A stretch of DNA of 64,000 nucleotides from the human T2T-CHM13v2.0 reference genome, Homo sapiens: the NCBI RefSeq assembly GCF_009914755.1, contig NC_060933.1, one strand, 5' to 3'. Positions 15,373 to 28,820 of the stretch are shown here, piece by piece; within the stretch, counting starts at the first letter, position 1, and every line of letters begins with the position of its first letter. The notes under the pieces are model-generated. The model searched no databases. It was not told the origin of the DNA and was given only the letters and a program-made list of their open reading frames with translations. A program made the translations under genes and the position numbers.

Positions 15373-18300
15373 GAGAACCATGAAAAAGCTCTTAGAATAG
15401 TTATTCCCACCCTTACACAACTCCTTCTCATTTCAGTAAAGCTTCCTGTCAGAACACATTCATCAATGTAATTTGCCAACAAAGTTTAAGAGATTAAATC
15501 CCCCTCCCCACAAGAATGTAAAAATAAAAAAAACAAAATAAAACCTACAATCAAAAATCAACAGCTATTCTGAAATTGTAGTTAGGTCATCAGGTAATGC
15601 TTCAAAGGAAGTAAAGGACATCATAAGACTCCTGAATACAGTTAACACCACTTTGAACCTGAGATTATTTTCATTTGATTTTTATCAGAGGATACAGAAG
15701 GTAGATGCATCAGGAGGAGGGGCAGGTGCCATTAATCATTACCTCTAGAATTATCACTTACAACCTCAAAGCAGTTTTTATTTAATTTAGTAAAAGTTTA
15801 TAAAAATTTAAATTATTGTATGCATCAAATTAAGATTTAAGATGTCCTTCATAAACATTAACCTTTTGTTGGTGATGTTTACCAAGAAAGGTAAACTCTG
15901 AAAACATGATGTCATCGTTTCAATTGGTGGAATTAAGTAAAAGATTTTCAAATGAGGCACTTGAACCTATTTTCTATCTATGCATGCAGTAGAAAAAAGC
16001 ACACAAAACAGGCAGCATTTTGTGTCATGCGGCATTTCAAACAAGAGGGAAAACACATCTGGAAATAAAAGGTGTTTAGTTGAAAGAATTGACCTTAAAT
16101 AAAACAATTGCAACACTTGATTTGGGCTTCTTACTGGAAATCAAATTCTTTGAGTTTAAAATATACCTACTAATGTAATACAAAACCAAAATAACACACT
16201 TTCAGCATTTCTTAAAATGTTACCACCCAGCAAATGCAGAGTTTACAGTTCTAGTGATTTTCCCTGTTCTTTTCATGGAATGCATATCTAACCCGTTTTT
16301 CAGCCAGCATGCTACAGCAAAGGAAGATTCATGTTGTCCAGGGCTATTTCTTTAAAACAGTATGGAAATTACTTTTACTATAAATTAGGTTGTGCTTTAA
16401 TGCTGAGAAAGGTCTATTTTGCCTTCATTTTGACCCATGACATACTTAGCCTTATAACAGCATAATGAGCATAATGAGGCCAAAACTAACACTGCAAAAT
16501 AAAACACACACACCCACACAAACACACATTATTTCTCAAGGAAGATGAAAAAAAAAAAAGGTCACATTGATTTTTTTTTTTTAAAGCAGGACATTTTCAC
16601 TACTTTTTTCACTTGAAGATTGAAAAGGAAACTCATTTCAGTTTGTAACATTGCACTGACTGTTCCAGACACAAAAATGAATCAAGTCTCCTGTTGGATT
16701 ATGTGGTTAGCATTTCTTCTCTTCCCTGGTGAGATAATTCATTACTTACAGCTGTGGTATAAAAACTCAAACATTGTCTTTTGCAGAATGGATTTGAAAA
16801 GTGGGCCCCCATTCTATTTTTGTTAGAAAATAATAAAATCACAAATTTTATCATGTATCAAAAATGAAAAGTGAAATATAAATGTGAAAGGTCTGATATT
16901 TACTTAATGAATATTTACCAAATACTTAGCATTTGCATATTAAGTACAAGCCTCAGGGAAAAAAATGTAGCCGTGTTTAAATCTCAACTTTATTTCTTCC
17001 CCTTGCTTTATTTTTTGAAAAATAAGAAATATTCACATTAAAGAAAAAAAGAGAACATATTTAAAAATATTTTCATCTATATTCTAGTCTAACCAGAGTA
17101 TCTATAATTTATATTAGTTACCAAATGTATTAGACAAATTAAAACACAAGAGTTTTTATTATTATAATGCTTTTTTAAAATATGGACATTCACAATTTTA
17201 TGCTTACAAGAGAATATATAATTCAAGTACTCCCATGAAATAAAGTACCAGTTCTCTATAATCAAACCTACAGTGCAAAAGGTCAGCTGAAAATTACTTA
17301 TAAAACTTTCAATTAAACTTTTACTAGTTTAGGTATTCTCTTCATAGTTGAGAAATATAATGCAAATAAAAGTTGAGTATGCCTCCCTGCCTCCAACTAG
17401 GACATAAAGTTGATCTTCCATGTCATGTTTCTTAAAAGTAACTCTAAAATAAGTTTCTTTCAAACCTTCTAAATTATTCTCTTTCCCTAATGGCTTGTTG
17501 TATTCTTCCCCAGCAGAAATGACTAAAATAGCCCTATTGCACTTAATCTAATTAGGGACTTTTGGAGAAATGGTGGTTACATAGTTCTCATTAACTGACT
17601 AAAAAACTGTACCATCTCCAGAGGTATAGATATTAAAAAGCGAGGGAGGGGGATGATTCCTTTTAAAGCTCCAGAAATGAATGTAAGTGTTCATATTCTG
17701 GTACATTAACAGTTTGTTCCAGTACATTGATATTTTATGTGGAAGCCCTACTCTGCAATTAATATGCCTGATGCAAATTGAAAAACCCATAATCCATCCT
17801 TCTCTGTTGGAATGTTAGAGAAGCTACAGGATACCAGAACCGTTTTTTAAACTTGACTGCTCATTACCTTAAATCTGCATATAAAACAGTTTTGCATTCA
17901 GACGAGGTAATACATACCAGAATATATTGTGGCGCATATTAAAAAAAGTGCTCCAAATAAAAACGACCTGTGGGCTTCCTTTGTAGAAGAAATTTATGCA
18001 GTTCCAGGCATTAGGGATTAATGATAGCTAAGAGCAAAAGAGAAGGAATGAGCATTAAAACATTGTGCCTAACTTTCCTGACTACCCCAAGGCTAAAAGA
18101 CAAAGTGAATTGTCAAATCTCCTTAAAGGTAAGGACTATGAATTTATATTAAGTAAATATGATATTTGGGGATTGCATCTGGTTCTGTCACATTAGTATT
18201 CAGAATATTTCTTATAGCTTTAAAGGAGAAAAGACAACCTTAATGGAGGTATGAGAGAAGAAAGATTTTAAAAATCCTTTGTTTCTAACAGCTTAGAGAG

Positions 18301-19966
18301 CCTCTTTCCTTTGTCTTGTTTCCAAAATTATGCATACAATTCTTCACAGGACGTAAAATGCTATTGTGTGCTATGACTGACAAAATCCAAGATTTTAATG
18401 AAAGTTATACTGTAACTATTTTAAAGGGAAGGGGAATCACACATCCCTAAGAGATTCAAATGTAATATATTCTCAAAAATGGAAAGATCCCAGGGATACA
18501 GATTTATTTCTTTCACGGATTTCTCCTAAGCCTGTTCAATTCATTTGATCATCACCGCCTGTGATCTGGGTTTTATTAACATTTTAGCATTTGATTGGAC
18601 CCTTCTTACCTCTCTGTCTATCCATCACTTAAGACATTTAGTGCTGCCTACTGGCAGTTATCTGTGTAATTGTTTTATTTCACTCACTAAGTGATAAGAT
18701 CCTTGAGGCAAGACGCTATGCGATATGGCCTGTATCTTCCACAATAAGTAATCACATTGATTCAAAAGATTCTCTCACAATACATTTTTATTGCAAAAAT
18801 GATTTTGTATTTATCCATTTTGGAAAAGAAATTTTATCTCTTGAGCCCCTAAAAATGGAATTGTACACATTAAGACCCTTACACATATCACATAATAATC
18901 TTCAGGGTCAAACATTATAGTTTTCACCTGCTGCTATTCCTTTGCAGTAGACTAGAATAGAGAATTATATAAAACTTCTATGACTGTCAAAAAAATGATA
19001 TAGTTTTTGAAATCATGTAAAATCAACCTTCTTTATTTTACAGATATAGAAATTTAGATCTGTAAGGACCATCAGTGTGGTGAAGGTCACATGGTAAGTT
19101 AATTACAGAATCAAATTTTTCCCTTTCATTTCAATCTGTTTTTAAGTTTTACATGATTCCACTTTCAGGAAAAAGCAATTAAAATACAGACTGACTTTGG
19201 TAAGAGTGATATATATTTTTATGTTTCAGACCAGCATGTTGTTTCATGCTGATGTTAAAAGATAATGGTTGATATCAGATAAATACCCACACATACACAC
19301 AAACACAAACTAACTTGGGGTCCAATAAAATAAGACTGGGTTGTTCACATATTTTTCCATTAGTGCAAATATTTTAAAGAGATAATTTTCTTTGATAAAA
19401 TCTGTGTTCTTAAAACTGATTAACACATAGTCCTTACTAGAAACTCTTTACAAAAAAAAAAAAAAACAAAAAAACAAAAATGAGAGTGCAAAAATTGAGA
19501 GAATAAGTCAAAGGAGAAAGAGAAGTTCTCCCATAACTGAAATTCATTGTACCTGTACATTAATCAAAGAACAAAATTGACTGTCATGTGATTTGACTCA
19601 TGCTAAAATGTCCCTCACAATGAAAATAATCTCTTTTATTGGCCCCTCACAGTGTTTAAAATTTTTCACCATTTAAAAAAAAATTGACTTAAAATACTTC
19701 ATCTTCTGACATTTTTGTTCACAAAAATAGTAAAAGTAAAGGATAAAGGTAGATAATATACCAACTCTGCAGGGTATTGCAGGAAGTTCAGAGAGGGAAA
19801 GAAAGAGGAACTATAAATAGTTATCATAAATTACAGCTAAATATTTTAGTTTAGCATAAAGAGGGTATGATGAATGTAAACAACATCACATATAGTTCAA
19901 AGTAGAGTTGTGGAATTACTTTTCCATGACAATGTTTAAGAATTGTACAGCTTTGCTGTTATCTAG

Positions 19967-22374
19967 TGATGTGTCCCCACCCAAATCTCACCATGAATTC
20001 CCATGTGTTGTCAGAGGGACCTGGTGGGAGGTAATTAAATCATGGGAGCAGGTCTTTCCCATGCTGTTCTCATGATAGTAAGTTTCATGTGATCTGATAA
20101 TTTTATAAAGGGAAGTTTCCCTGCACAAGCTCTCTTCTCTTGTCTGCTGCCATGTGAGACATGTCTCTCACCTTCTGCAATGATTGTGAGGCCTCCCCAG
20201 CCACATGGAACTGTAAGATCATTAAACCTCTTTCTTTTGTAAATTGCCCAGTCTTGGGTATGTCTTTATCAGCAGTATAAAAACAGACTAATACAGTAAA
20301 TTGGTACCAGGAGTGGGGTAGGACTCTGCTCTAAAGATAACTGAAAATGTGGAAGCAACTTTGGAACTGGATAACAGGCAGAGGTTGGAACAGTCTGGAG
20401 GGCTCAGAAAACAACAGAAAAATGTGGGAAAGTCTGGAACTCCCTAGAGACTTGTTCTATGCCTTGACCAAAATGCTGATAGTGATATGGACAATGCAAT
20501 CCAGTCTGAGGTGGTCTCAGATGGACATGAGGAACTTGTTGGAAACTGGAACAAAGGTGACTCTTGTTATGTTTTAGCAAAGAGACTTGTGGCATTTTGC
20601 CCCTGCCCTAGAGATTTGTGGAACTTTGAACTTGAGAGAGATGATTTACGGTATCTGGCAAAAGAAATGTCTAAGCAGCAAAGCATTCAAGAGGTGACTT
20701 TTTAGCCGGACATGGTAGTGTGTGCCTGTAGTCTCAGCTACTTGGGAGGCCGAGACAGGAGAATTGCTTGAACCCAGGAGGGGGAGGTTGCAGTGAGCTG
20801 AGATCATACCCCACTGCACTCCAGCCTGGGTGACAGAGTGAGACTCCCCCCCCAGAAAAAAAGATGTGACTTGTGTGGTGTTAAAAGCATTCAGTTTTAA
20901 AAGGAAAACAGATCATAAAAGTCTAGAAAATTTGCAGCCTGACAATGTGATAGAAAAAAAATCCCATTTTCTGAGGAGAAATTCAAGCTGGCTGCAGAAA
21001 TTTGCATAAGTAGAAAGGAGCTGAAAGTTAGTCACCAAGACAATGGGGAAAATGTCTACAGGGCATGTCAGAGACCTTTGTGGCAGTACTTCTCCTCACA
21101 GGCTGGGAGGTTTTAGAGGAAAAAATGGTTTCATGAGGCAGGCTCAGGTTCCCTCTATGTCCAGTCTAGGGACCTGGTGCCCTGCATCCCAGCTGCTCTA
21201 GCCATGACTAAAAGGGGCCAAGGTACAGCTCAGGCCGTGGCTTCCAAGGGTGCTAGCCCCAAGCCTTGGCAGGTTTTACATGTTGAGCCTGAGGGTACAC
21301 AGAAGTCACGAATTGATTTGGCAACCTCTGCCTAGATTTCAGAGAACGTATGGAAGCACCTGGATGTTCAGGCAGAAGTTTGCTGCAGGGGCAGGGTGCT
21401 CATGGAGAACCCCTGCTAGGATATTGTGAAATGGAAATGTGGGGTGGGCACCCCCACACAGAGTCCCCACTGGGGCACTGCCTAGTGGAGATGTAAAAAG
21501 AATGCCATCGTCCTTCAGACCCCAGAATGGTAGCTGTACCGACAGCTTGCACTGTGCACCTGAAAAAGCTCCAGACACTCAATGCCAGCCCATGAAAGCA
21601 GCTGGGAGGGAGGCTGTGTCCTGCAAAGACAGAGGTGCAGAGCTGTTCAAGACCATGGGAACCTCCTCTTGGATCAGTGTGACCCAAATATGAGACATGG
21701 GGTCAAAAGAGATCATTTTGGACCTTTAATATTCGACTGCCCTGCTGGATTTCAGAATTTCATGGGGCCTTTGTTTTAGCCATTGTTTTTTCCATTTGCA
21801 ACAGCTGTACTTACCCAATGCCCGTACACCCATTGTATGTAGGAAGTAACTAATTTTCTTCTTATTTTACTGACTCATAGGTGGAAGGGACTTGCCTTGT
21901 CTCTGATAAAACTTTGGACTGTGAACTTTTGAGTTAATGCTGAAATGAGTTAACACTTTGGAGGACTGTTTAAAAGGCGTGATTGGTTTTGAAGTGTGTG
22001 GACATAAGATGTGGGAGGGGCCAGGGTGAAATGATAAGGTTTGGCTGTGTCCCCACCCAAATCTCATCTTGAATTGCCATGTGTTGTTTGAGGGACACAG
22101 TGGGAGGTACTGAATCATGGGGGCAGGTCTTTCCCATGCTGCTCTGGTGACAGTGAATAAGTCTCATGAGACCTGATGGTTTTATAAAGGGGACTTTCCC
22201 TGAACAAGCTCTCTTCTCTTATTTGCTGCCATGTGAGATTTGCCTTTAACCTTCCAACACAATTGTGAGGCATCCCCAGCCACCTGGAACTGTAAGTCCA
22301 TTAAACCTGCTTCCTTTGTAAATTGCCTACTCTTGGGTATATTTTTATCAGCAGCGTGAAAACAGACTAATACA
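19967..22374 (+). mobile_element. Full-length THE1B-type MaLR provirus (5' LTR 19967-20295, internal 20296-22031, 3' LTR 22032-22374)
   Basis: Two LTRs tgat...agactaataca; internal region starts gtaaattggtaccag and ends in a polypurine tract; 5-bp TSD tctag/gctag; the 5' LTR lacks ~11 nt near its start relative to the 3' LTR. Confidence 0.93.
20701..20860 (+). mobile_element. 5'-truncated Alu (right monomer only) inserted in the THE1 internal region
   Basis: ttagccggacatggtag...gagactcc plus a short A tail; 12-bp TSD aaga(g/t)gtgactt (20689-20700/20861-20872). Confidence 0.9.
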
Positions 22375-23734
22375 GCTAGGGTGGTTAAGATAGAGATATG
22401 GGCAAGATAGAAATCCTTAACAACAAATACATACATTAAATTGTTTCTTCCATCTAGGATGGTTCTTTTAACCTACAGGTAATCACTTTGTGTGTTTCAT
22501 TAAGGTATTTTCAAAATCTCTTTGAACAGCATAACTTTTAAAAGCAAGTACTAATACTTTATAAAAGTATTTCATAAAGTAGTTTACAGTAACTGAGGTT
22601 GATTTGTGCCATTAAGGAAAAAACTTTTACTTTTTTATTACTAAAAATGTATGTAAATCTCACTGGCACTGAATGCATTTTTCAAACAAATAAAGAGGCT
22701 TGAAATGGTGAACAGCTATTCTTTTCTGCCTACTAGGGATGAGAAAGTACAGGCTGTTTTCAAATTAAAACCGGAAGCATATACAATGAGACATTATGTG
22801 GACTGTTGTGACTATTAGGGTTGTTAGATCATGTGCTGTGTTACTGTGGGATGTTTGGGAGGGTCCTTTGAATATATTTTATTATCAAAAATTTTATTTT
22901 TCTGATGTATATAATCAGAAGCTCTTGAAGTAGACAACTATATAAATATTAAATGCTCACTTCCAACATAATATTCATTTGATTAATAAAACTGGAGACA
23001 ATTTATCTTAGTTGGTGGATTATACTATACTCATCCTTGGTAGATTAGCCATAAAACTGAAGTATTTCCACCTCAGGAAATATTCCCACCAGTTAAGTTG
23101 ATGTGCATTGCCAGAGTATAGTTACTTTGTTGAATTTCCACATGTAAACTCTTTTATTGAATTAGATATGTAGAAAAGTCATTGTTCTATGCTTCATCAC
23201 CAGTTACCAGTGGCATTTGTTCTTCTCTATATAAACTTAACATAGAAAAATTATAACCTACCTATCTGCACATTCTACACAATATAACTGCTAATTTTAT
23301 CATCGGTGAGATGGTACAAAGAATTCAACTGTCAAATTAGACTCATATGAAATAGAAATGTTTAATCATTTTTAGGATATAAAAGTCTAGTGTCTAGAGG
23401 CTCAGGGAGAACTAAGGTGAGAGGTTGAGTATTCACTGGATCTCTTCCTACTACAATAAATAAGTTCTGGCACATTACTTACACAAAAGATAAAAAAGTA
23501 TCAGTAATAAACACTTCCATTTTATAATCAAATAGGCACAAAGGATGCATAATATTTTCCAGGAAGCGATGCCCCATATATCCATAGATTCTAGGGTTGT
23601 TTTTTTTTTTTTAACACAGGAGATGCTAAACAACCAAGTACATGCTTCTAAAAACACCTTGCAGATAAAAACCCTCCCACTAGCTAACGTAACTAGCTTG
23701 TTTGCAAAAAGTCTGCTTTTAGCATGTTTACAAA

Positions 23735-24117
23735 TGTATTAGTCTGCTAGGGCTATTATAACAAAGTATCATCAACCAGGTGGCTTAAGAGTGGGAATTT
23801 ATTTTCTCACAGTTCTGGAGTCTAGAAGTCTAAGATCAAGGTGTCAACAGGTTTGGTTCCTCCTGCGGCCTCTCTCCTTTGCTTGCACATGGCCGCCTCC
23901 TTACTGTGTTCTCACATTGCCTTTTCTTGATGCAAGCACTTCACTCGTGTCTTTTCCTCTTCTTAAAAGGACACCAGTCCTATTGGACTAGGGTCCCATT
24001 CATATGACCTTAATTAACCTTAATTACCTCTTTAAAGGCCATATCTCCAAATGCAGTCATTTGCGGGTTAGAGACTCAGCATATAGGTTATAGGGGAACT
24101 TGATTTATTTAATAACA
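23735..24117 (-). mobile_element. MLT1B/MLT1A-type solo LTR
   Basis: tgtattagtctgctagggct...ctcacagttctggag..tagaagtctaagatcaaggtg...aaggacaccagtcctattgga...ataaca. Confidence 0.85.
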
Positions 24118-24919
24118 ACAGGGATATGACTTTTATTTACTTGTCCTCTATATAAAGGAAGAGCCTAAATAGCAGATCTGCTTCCCATCCTTTTCTTTCT
24201 CAACGAAGAAGGATTTATGTTTTCCAAAAACAAAAAAAAACAAAAAACTCTTGAATTTTATCTCACGAGAGCAAATAAATTCAATCATTCAGCCCCTAAA
24301 TGGCTCAAAAGTCTGTAGAATAGAGCAGCTTCAAAAGAACAAGTGGGAAGTAATGAGGAAGAGTAAGAGACAAAGCTTCACAAAGGCTGTGTTAAAGAAG
24401 AACTCTTACTCCTAGTGAATTCTGAGATGATATCACAGACTCAATTTATATGCAAACCTGAATTTAAGTGTACTAAAAATATAAAATTCACTTTGGAGCT
24501 AATGAAGTAACTTTTCATCCAAAAAAATATATTACTTTAAGTATTTCTCCTGTAGTAAAAGTATTTACCGTTTTATTCATAGCTTTGGATTGAGCAAATA
24601 TATCTTAAGATATATGTGTCATAATATAGACTATAACATAAAATGTGGGTGAACACAGTAACTCACTTTTACATCATAATCAAGTCATTAGCTTCTCATT
24701 TCCACAATTAAAAGAAATATGTCTTATGAGCTATTCAAAATCTTAGGTTAGAGAAAGTTACCAAGTAATTAGCTGCCATTCTGGACACACAGAAATTAGA
24801 GTAACAAAACCAGTTCACACATAGATACATTCTTTGAGAGACAGAATAGTGGATTAACCACAAATATAAAGTAGAGAACGCAGAGAATGCCCGTGATGGA
24901 ATTCTCAAGAAAACAATTT

Positions 24920-25560
24920 CTAGTGCACACAGTTGGCTGCCTAACCCTCTTACATTTTCCTTATCTTTCTTTTTTTTTAACAGAATCCATATTTTATTCA
25001 GATATCCATTCTATCTGTAAATCGTCCCTGTGTTTAGGGAAAGATCAGCTTTATCCATAGAAGGGATATCTGAATAAAATAAACAGAACTCCCCAGTTCC
25101 AGAGTTGGGCCTCTGTTACTCTTAGACAATGTGGGTAATTATTTTCCCATTGCTCCTGGTTGTTTCAAAAAATCAGACATACATCAATCAGTACCTGTGT
25201 TTGTAAATTGTTATCTGGAATAAGCAGACAGTGCAAATAGTTTCTATTATAATATAAAGAAGGAAAGACTTCTATTCATAAAAGGGGAAAACTCTTTCCC
25301 TTGTATTCACTGGATTTGAATGAGAAATCCTGTACTGCTCATTGCTCTTACCAGCCATTGCATACTACAAGGGGAAGCAGAAGTAGGATGAAGCTAATAG
25401 GTGAACTGCAGGGTGGAGAGGCAGAAAGAATGTGCTTCCTTGCTGAGTTCTCTGAACCATAAATCAAGCAGAGCTGAAAACTTTTCTACCTATCTACTTC
25501 TTAATATATAATATACAATCTCTTCATTGTTTAGGTGGGCTTTATTTGCAGGGTATAAGC
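24920..25560 (+). mobile_element. Ancient ERVL LTR (LTR33-like)
   Basis: gttggctgcctaacc...taacagaatccatattttattcag at the 5' end and ggatgaagcta...gagaggcagaaagaa in the 3' part; highly diverged. Confidence 0.5.
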
Positions 25561-26004
25561 TGTAATAAAAGAAGGGCCAAAGATGTAAATAAATGTGACT
25601 GATAGAGGACAGCATAAAAGAAAAAATAAGTTTTTTTTTTAAAGCAGGACTGTGAGAATTTTAATAGAGTCTAGATTGGTGAATAAAAAAGAATAGAATA
25701 TCCCAAAAAGTGTATATTAATGCTCAAACCAGTAAAGAAATATGAGTTACCACTTTGTGGAAAAATAACATGGGTAGATTCATATGCCCCTACTGCGTGT
25801 AAGATTATTTTTAAAGAGATTAAAGCATTAAATGTAGAAAATAAAACCACAAAGGCTCTAGAAGTAAACATAGGACATTTCCTTTATAACCTTTAAGTGG
25901 TTAAGGTATAAGTAATTATAACTAAAAGTCTAGAAGCTAAAAGATTAAAAAATGGGTATATGTGAATACAGTAACAATAACTTCATGAAAAAATATTGTA
26001 AACA

Positions 26005-26037
26005 TTCACTTCTCAGTCTTTTGGCTAAGATCAAGTG
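26005..26037 (+). pseudogene. U2 snRNA tailless retropseudogene (U2 nt 1-33)
   Basis: ttcacttctcagtcttttggctaagatcaagtg is 29/33 identical to U2 ATCGCTTCTCGGCCTTTTGGCTAAGATCAAGTG; perfect 14-bp TSD aaatattgtaaaca (25991-26004/26038-26051); no poly(A). Confidence 0.92.
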
Positions 26038-26209
26038 AAATATTGTAAACAAATTGAAACTACAAGTAATCAATTAAAGAATAATATTTAGTCTTCATAT
26101 AGTATTATTTCTTTACTATATGAAGTGTTTCTAGAAATTTATGAGCAAAAGACTCAAACTCAAAAGAAATATAGGCAAGTATATAAACAATTGTTAGAAA
26201 GTAAATGCA

Positions 26210-26559
26210 GGCCGTCGCGGTGGCTCACACCTGTAATCCCAGCACTTTGGGAGGCTGAGGCGGTTGGATCACGAGGTCAGGAGATCGAGACCATCCTGGC
26301 TAAAGCGGTGAAACCCTGTCTCTACTAAAAAAAATTAACCGGGTTTTGTGGCGGGTGCCTGTAGTCCCAGCTACTCGGGAGGCTGAGGCAGGAGAATGGC
26401 GTGAACCCGGGAGGTGGAGCTTGCAGTGAGCCCAGAATGGCATGAACCCAGAAGGTGGAGCTTGAAGTGAGCCGAGATTGTGCCACTGCACTCCAGCCTG
26501 GGCAACAGAGTGAGACTCCATCTCAAAAAAATAAATAAATAAAATAAAAATAAAAAATT
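26210..26559 (+). mobile_element. AluY with an internal 41-bp tandem duplication
   Basis: AluY diagnostics; 26393-26433 is repeated at 26434-26474; TSD aagtaaatgca (26199-26209/26560-26570). Confidence 0.93.
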
Positions 26560-28436
26560 AAGTAAATGCAAATGACTTTTAAGTATATAAAAGTGTATTC
26601 AAGTTCAACCATAACAAAACTACAAATAAAACTCTATCAATATTCTTTCACCTATTAGAATAGCATATTTAATAACACAAACTTCAGCAAACATATAGAG
26701 AAGTAAGTACTACCATTCATGCATCCACATGATTGGAGTATAAATTAGTACATATTTATCAAATAAAAAATGCATGTGTGCATGTCCAATCAATTATACT
26801 CTAGGCAGATTGTCCTAAATAACTACTTACATATAAAACGACATATATGACTATATTCATTGCAGAAAAATATATAAGAACAAGATTCTGAAAACAACAA
26901 AGTTTTTAATATAGTACGACTTAATGATGACACATCCCTTTGATGTTCTGCAACAGTAAAAATACTGAAAATTTTCTATATGTATTAACGTGGAAAGTTT
27001 TTCAAGATAAATTGCTAACGAATAAAGCAATGTGCCAAAAGGATACGTGTTATGCTGTCCAAATAAAGGAAATCAATAATGTATTTTGTTATTTCTTATA
27101 TATACATAAAATACTTAAGACACCAAGAAGCTGTTGTTAAGAGGTAAGAACTGGGCAGACAATAGAAAAGGATAGAATGTGGAATTTTCCAATTCTGTAT
27201 CATGTAAATGCATCACCTGTTCAAAAAATAAAATAATGTTCACGGTTCCCTACATTTTCTGAGAAATATCCAACTCTTAACCAGTAATTTATAGCCTTTC
27301 AAAATTGTTCCGGTAATATTTCATTTTTCTTGCTCATGCTAAACCACCTTCTCATCAAACTATTCAGTACCTTAAATTCTACTAAAATTTCTTTGTGGCA
27401 TCACACACATACCCATTTCGATACACTCTTTTTCTATTATCACCTGTAGAAACCTACATAACTTCACAGCACATCTCAGATGCCAGCTCTTTCAAGATCT
27501 TCTCTGATAAACCCAAGGAGAAATAATTTTTCCCTCATCAAAATCCTTAGTGCACTTGGGATTACATCACATATTCTTCTTATAGGAGTGGTCTTTCTAT
27601 TAGCATTGAAGGTCCTTAAGAGCAAGATTGCTTTTTAAACATCTGTATTTCTTAAAGTATTCTGTGCAAAATACTATGCTAAACCCTGTATTTACTCAAA
27701 CATTTTAGCTTAATGAATTAAAATATGACTCAAAATGGAATGGTAAGTTGTTCCATCTTAATATATTAAGAAATATCACCAACAGCAACTACATCAAGAA
27801 ACCAAGAAGACGACCTTTAATGGAATATTTGATGGACGCTGAAGTGAGTCTATTAACAAAAACAAACAAAAAGAATCAGGGACTACATTTGCCATTAATT
27901 CTAAAATTGTTGCCATTTAGGGCCTCACTGAAATATAGGGCCAAATAGCTGTTGCTCTACCAGTAGCAGTTCTCATATTAAATGATGAATTTGCAAGGCC
28001 CCCTAGGATTTCATCTGTTCTCCTTGAGAAAATGTCAATAACTTCTATAAAGAAAGAGTGGCCCTAGTTAGAGTTTTTTAGTTCCAAGTCTATGTCTAAC
28101 CCATTAAGAAATAATTCATACTTAGTATATATTTTTAAAAAACACTAAAATATAGTCTAAATTTTGCTGATTTTTTAAACTATGTAGGAATTATATAATA
28201 AAATGTGATTACCTAAGAGAATGTTCTGGTTTTTACGACATATACAATAAAGTACTTAGGATTAAAATAATAAGATGGCTCCAATTTGCAAATAGTATAG
28301 AAAGAAGAGAGAGAGAGAGAGAGAGCACACTACCAATATATTCAAATGTAATTTAGAAAAAAAATCTGGATAAAAGGGTATATAGGACTTTCTTCTACTA
28401 TTCTTGCAACTTCTTTCTAAGTTTAAAATTATGTCA

Positions 28437-28731
<295 letters not shown>

Positions 28732-28820
28732 CATAGTATATAAAAATAAGAGTTACACACACACACACACGTCAATGTACAACCAGGCAAACTGAGTCTA
28801 TGTTAAAATTCGGTCATCAC

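Larger units (their letters stand above)
25620..27235 (+). mobile_element. Ancient L1ME/L1MC ORF2-3' UTR remnant hosting the U2 and AluY insertions
   Basis: Degenerate L1 motifs (taaatgtagaaaataaaaccacaaaggctctagaag, ttggagtataaattagtaca, atattcattgcag). Confidence 0.55.

Noticed and set aside
19452-19480. A-rich tract as an orphan retro-tail (similar tract at ~24226-24246)
   Set aside because: No TSD or upstream retroposed body identifiable.
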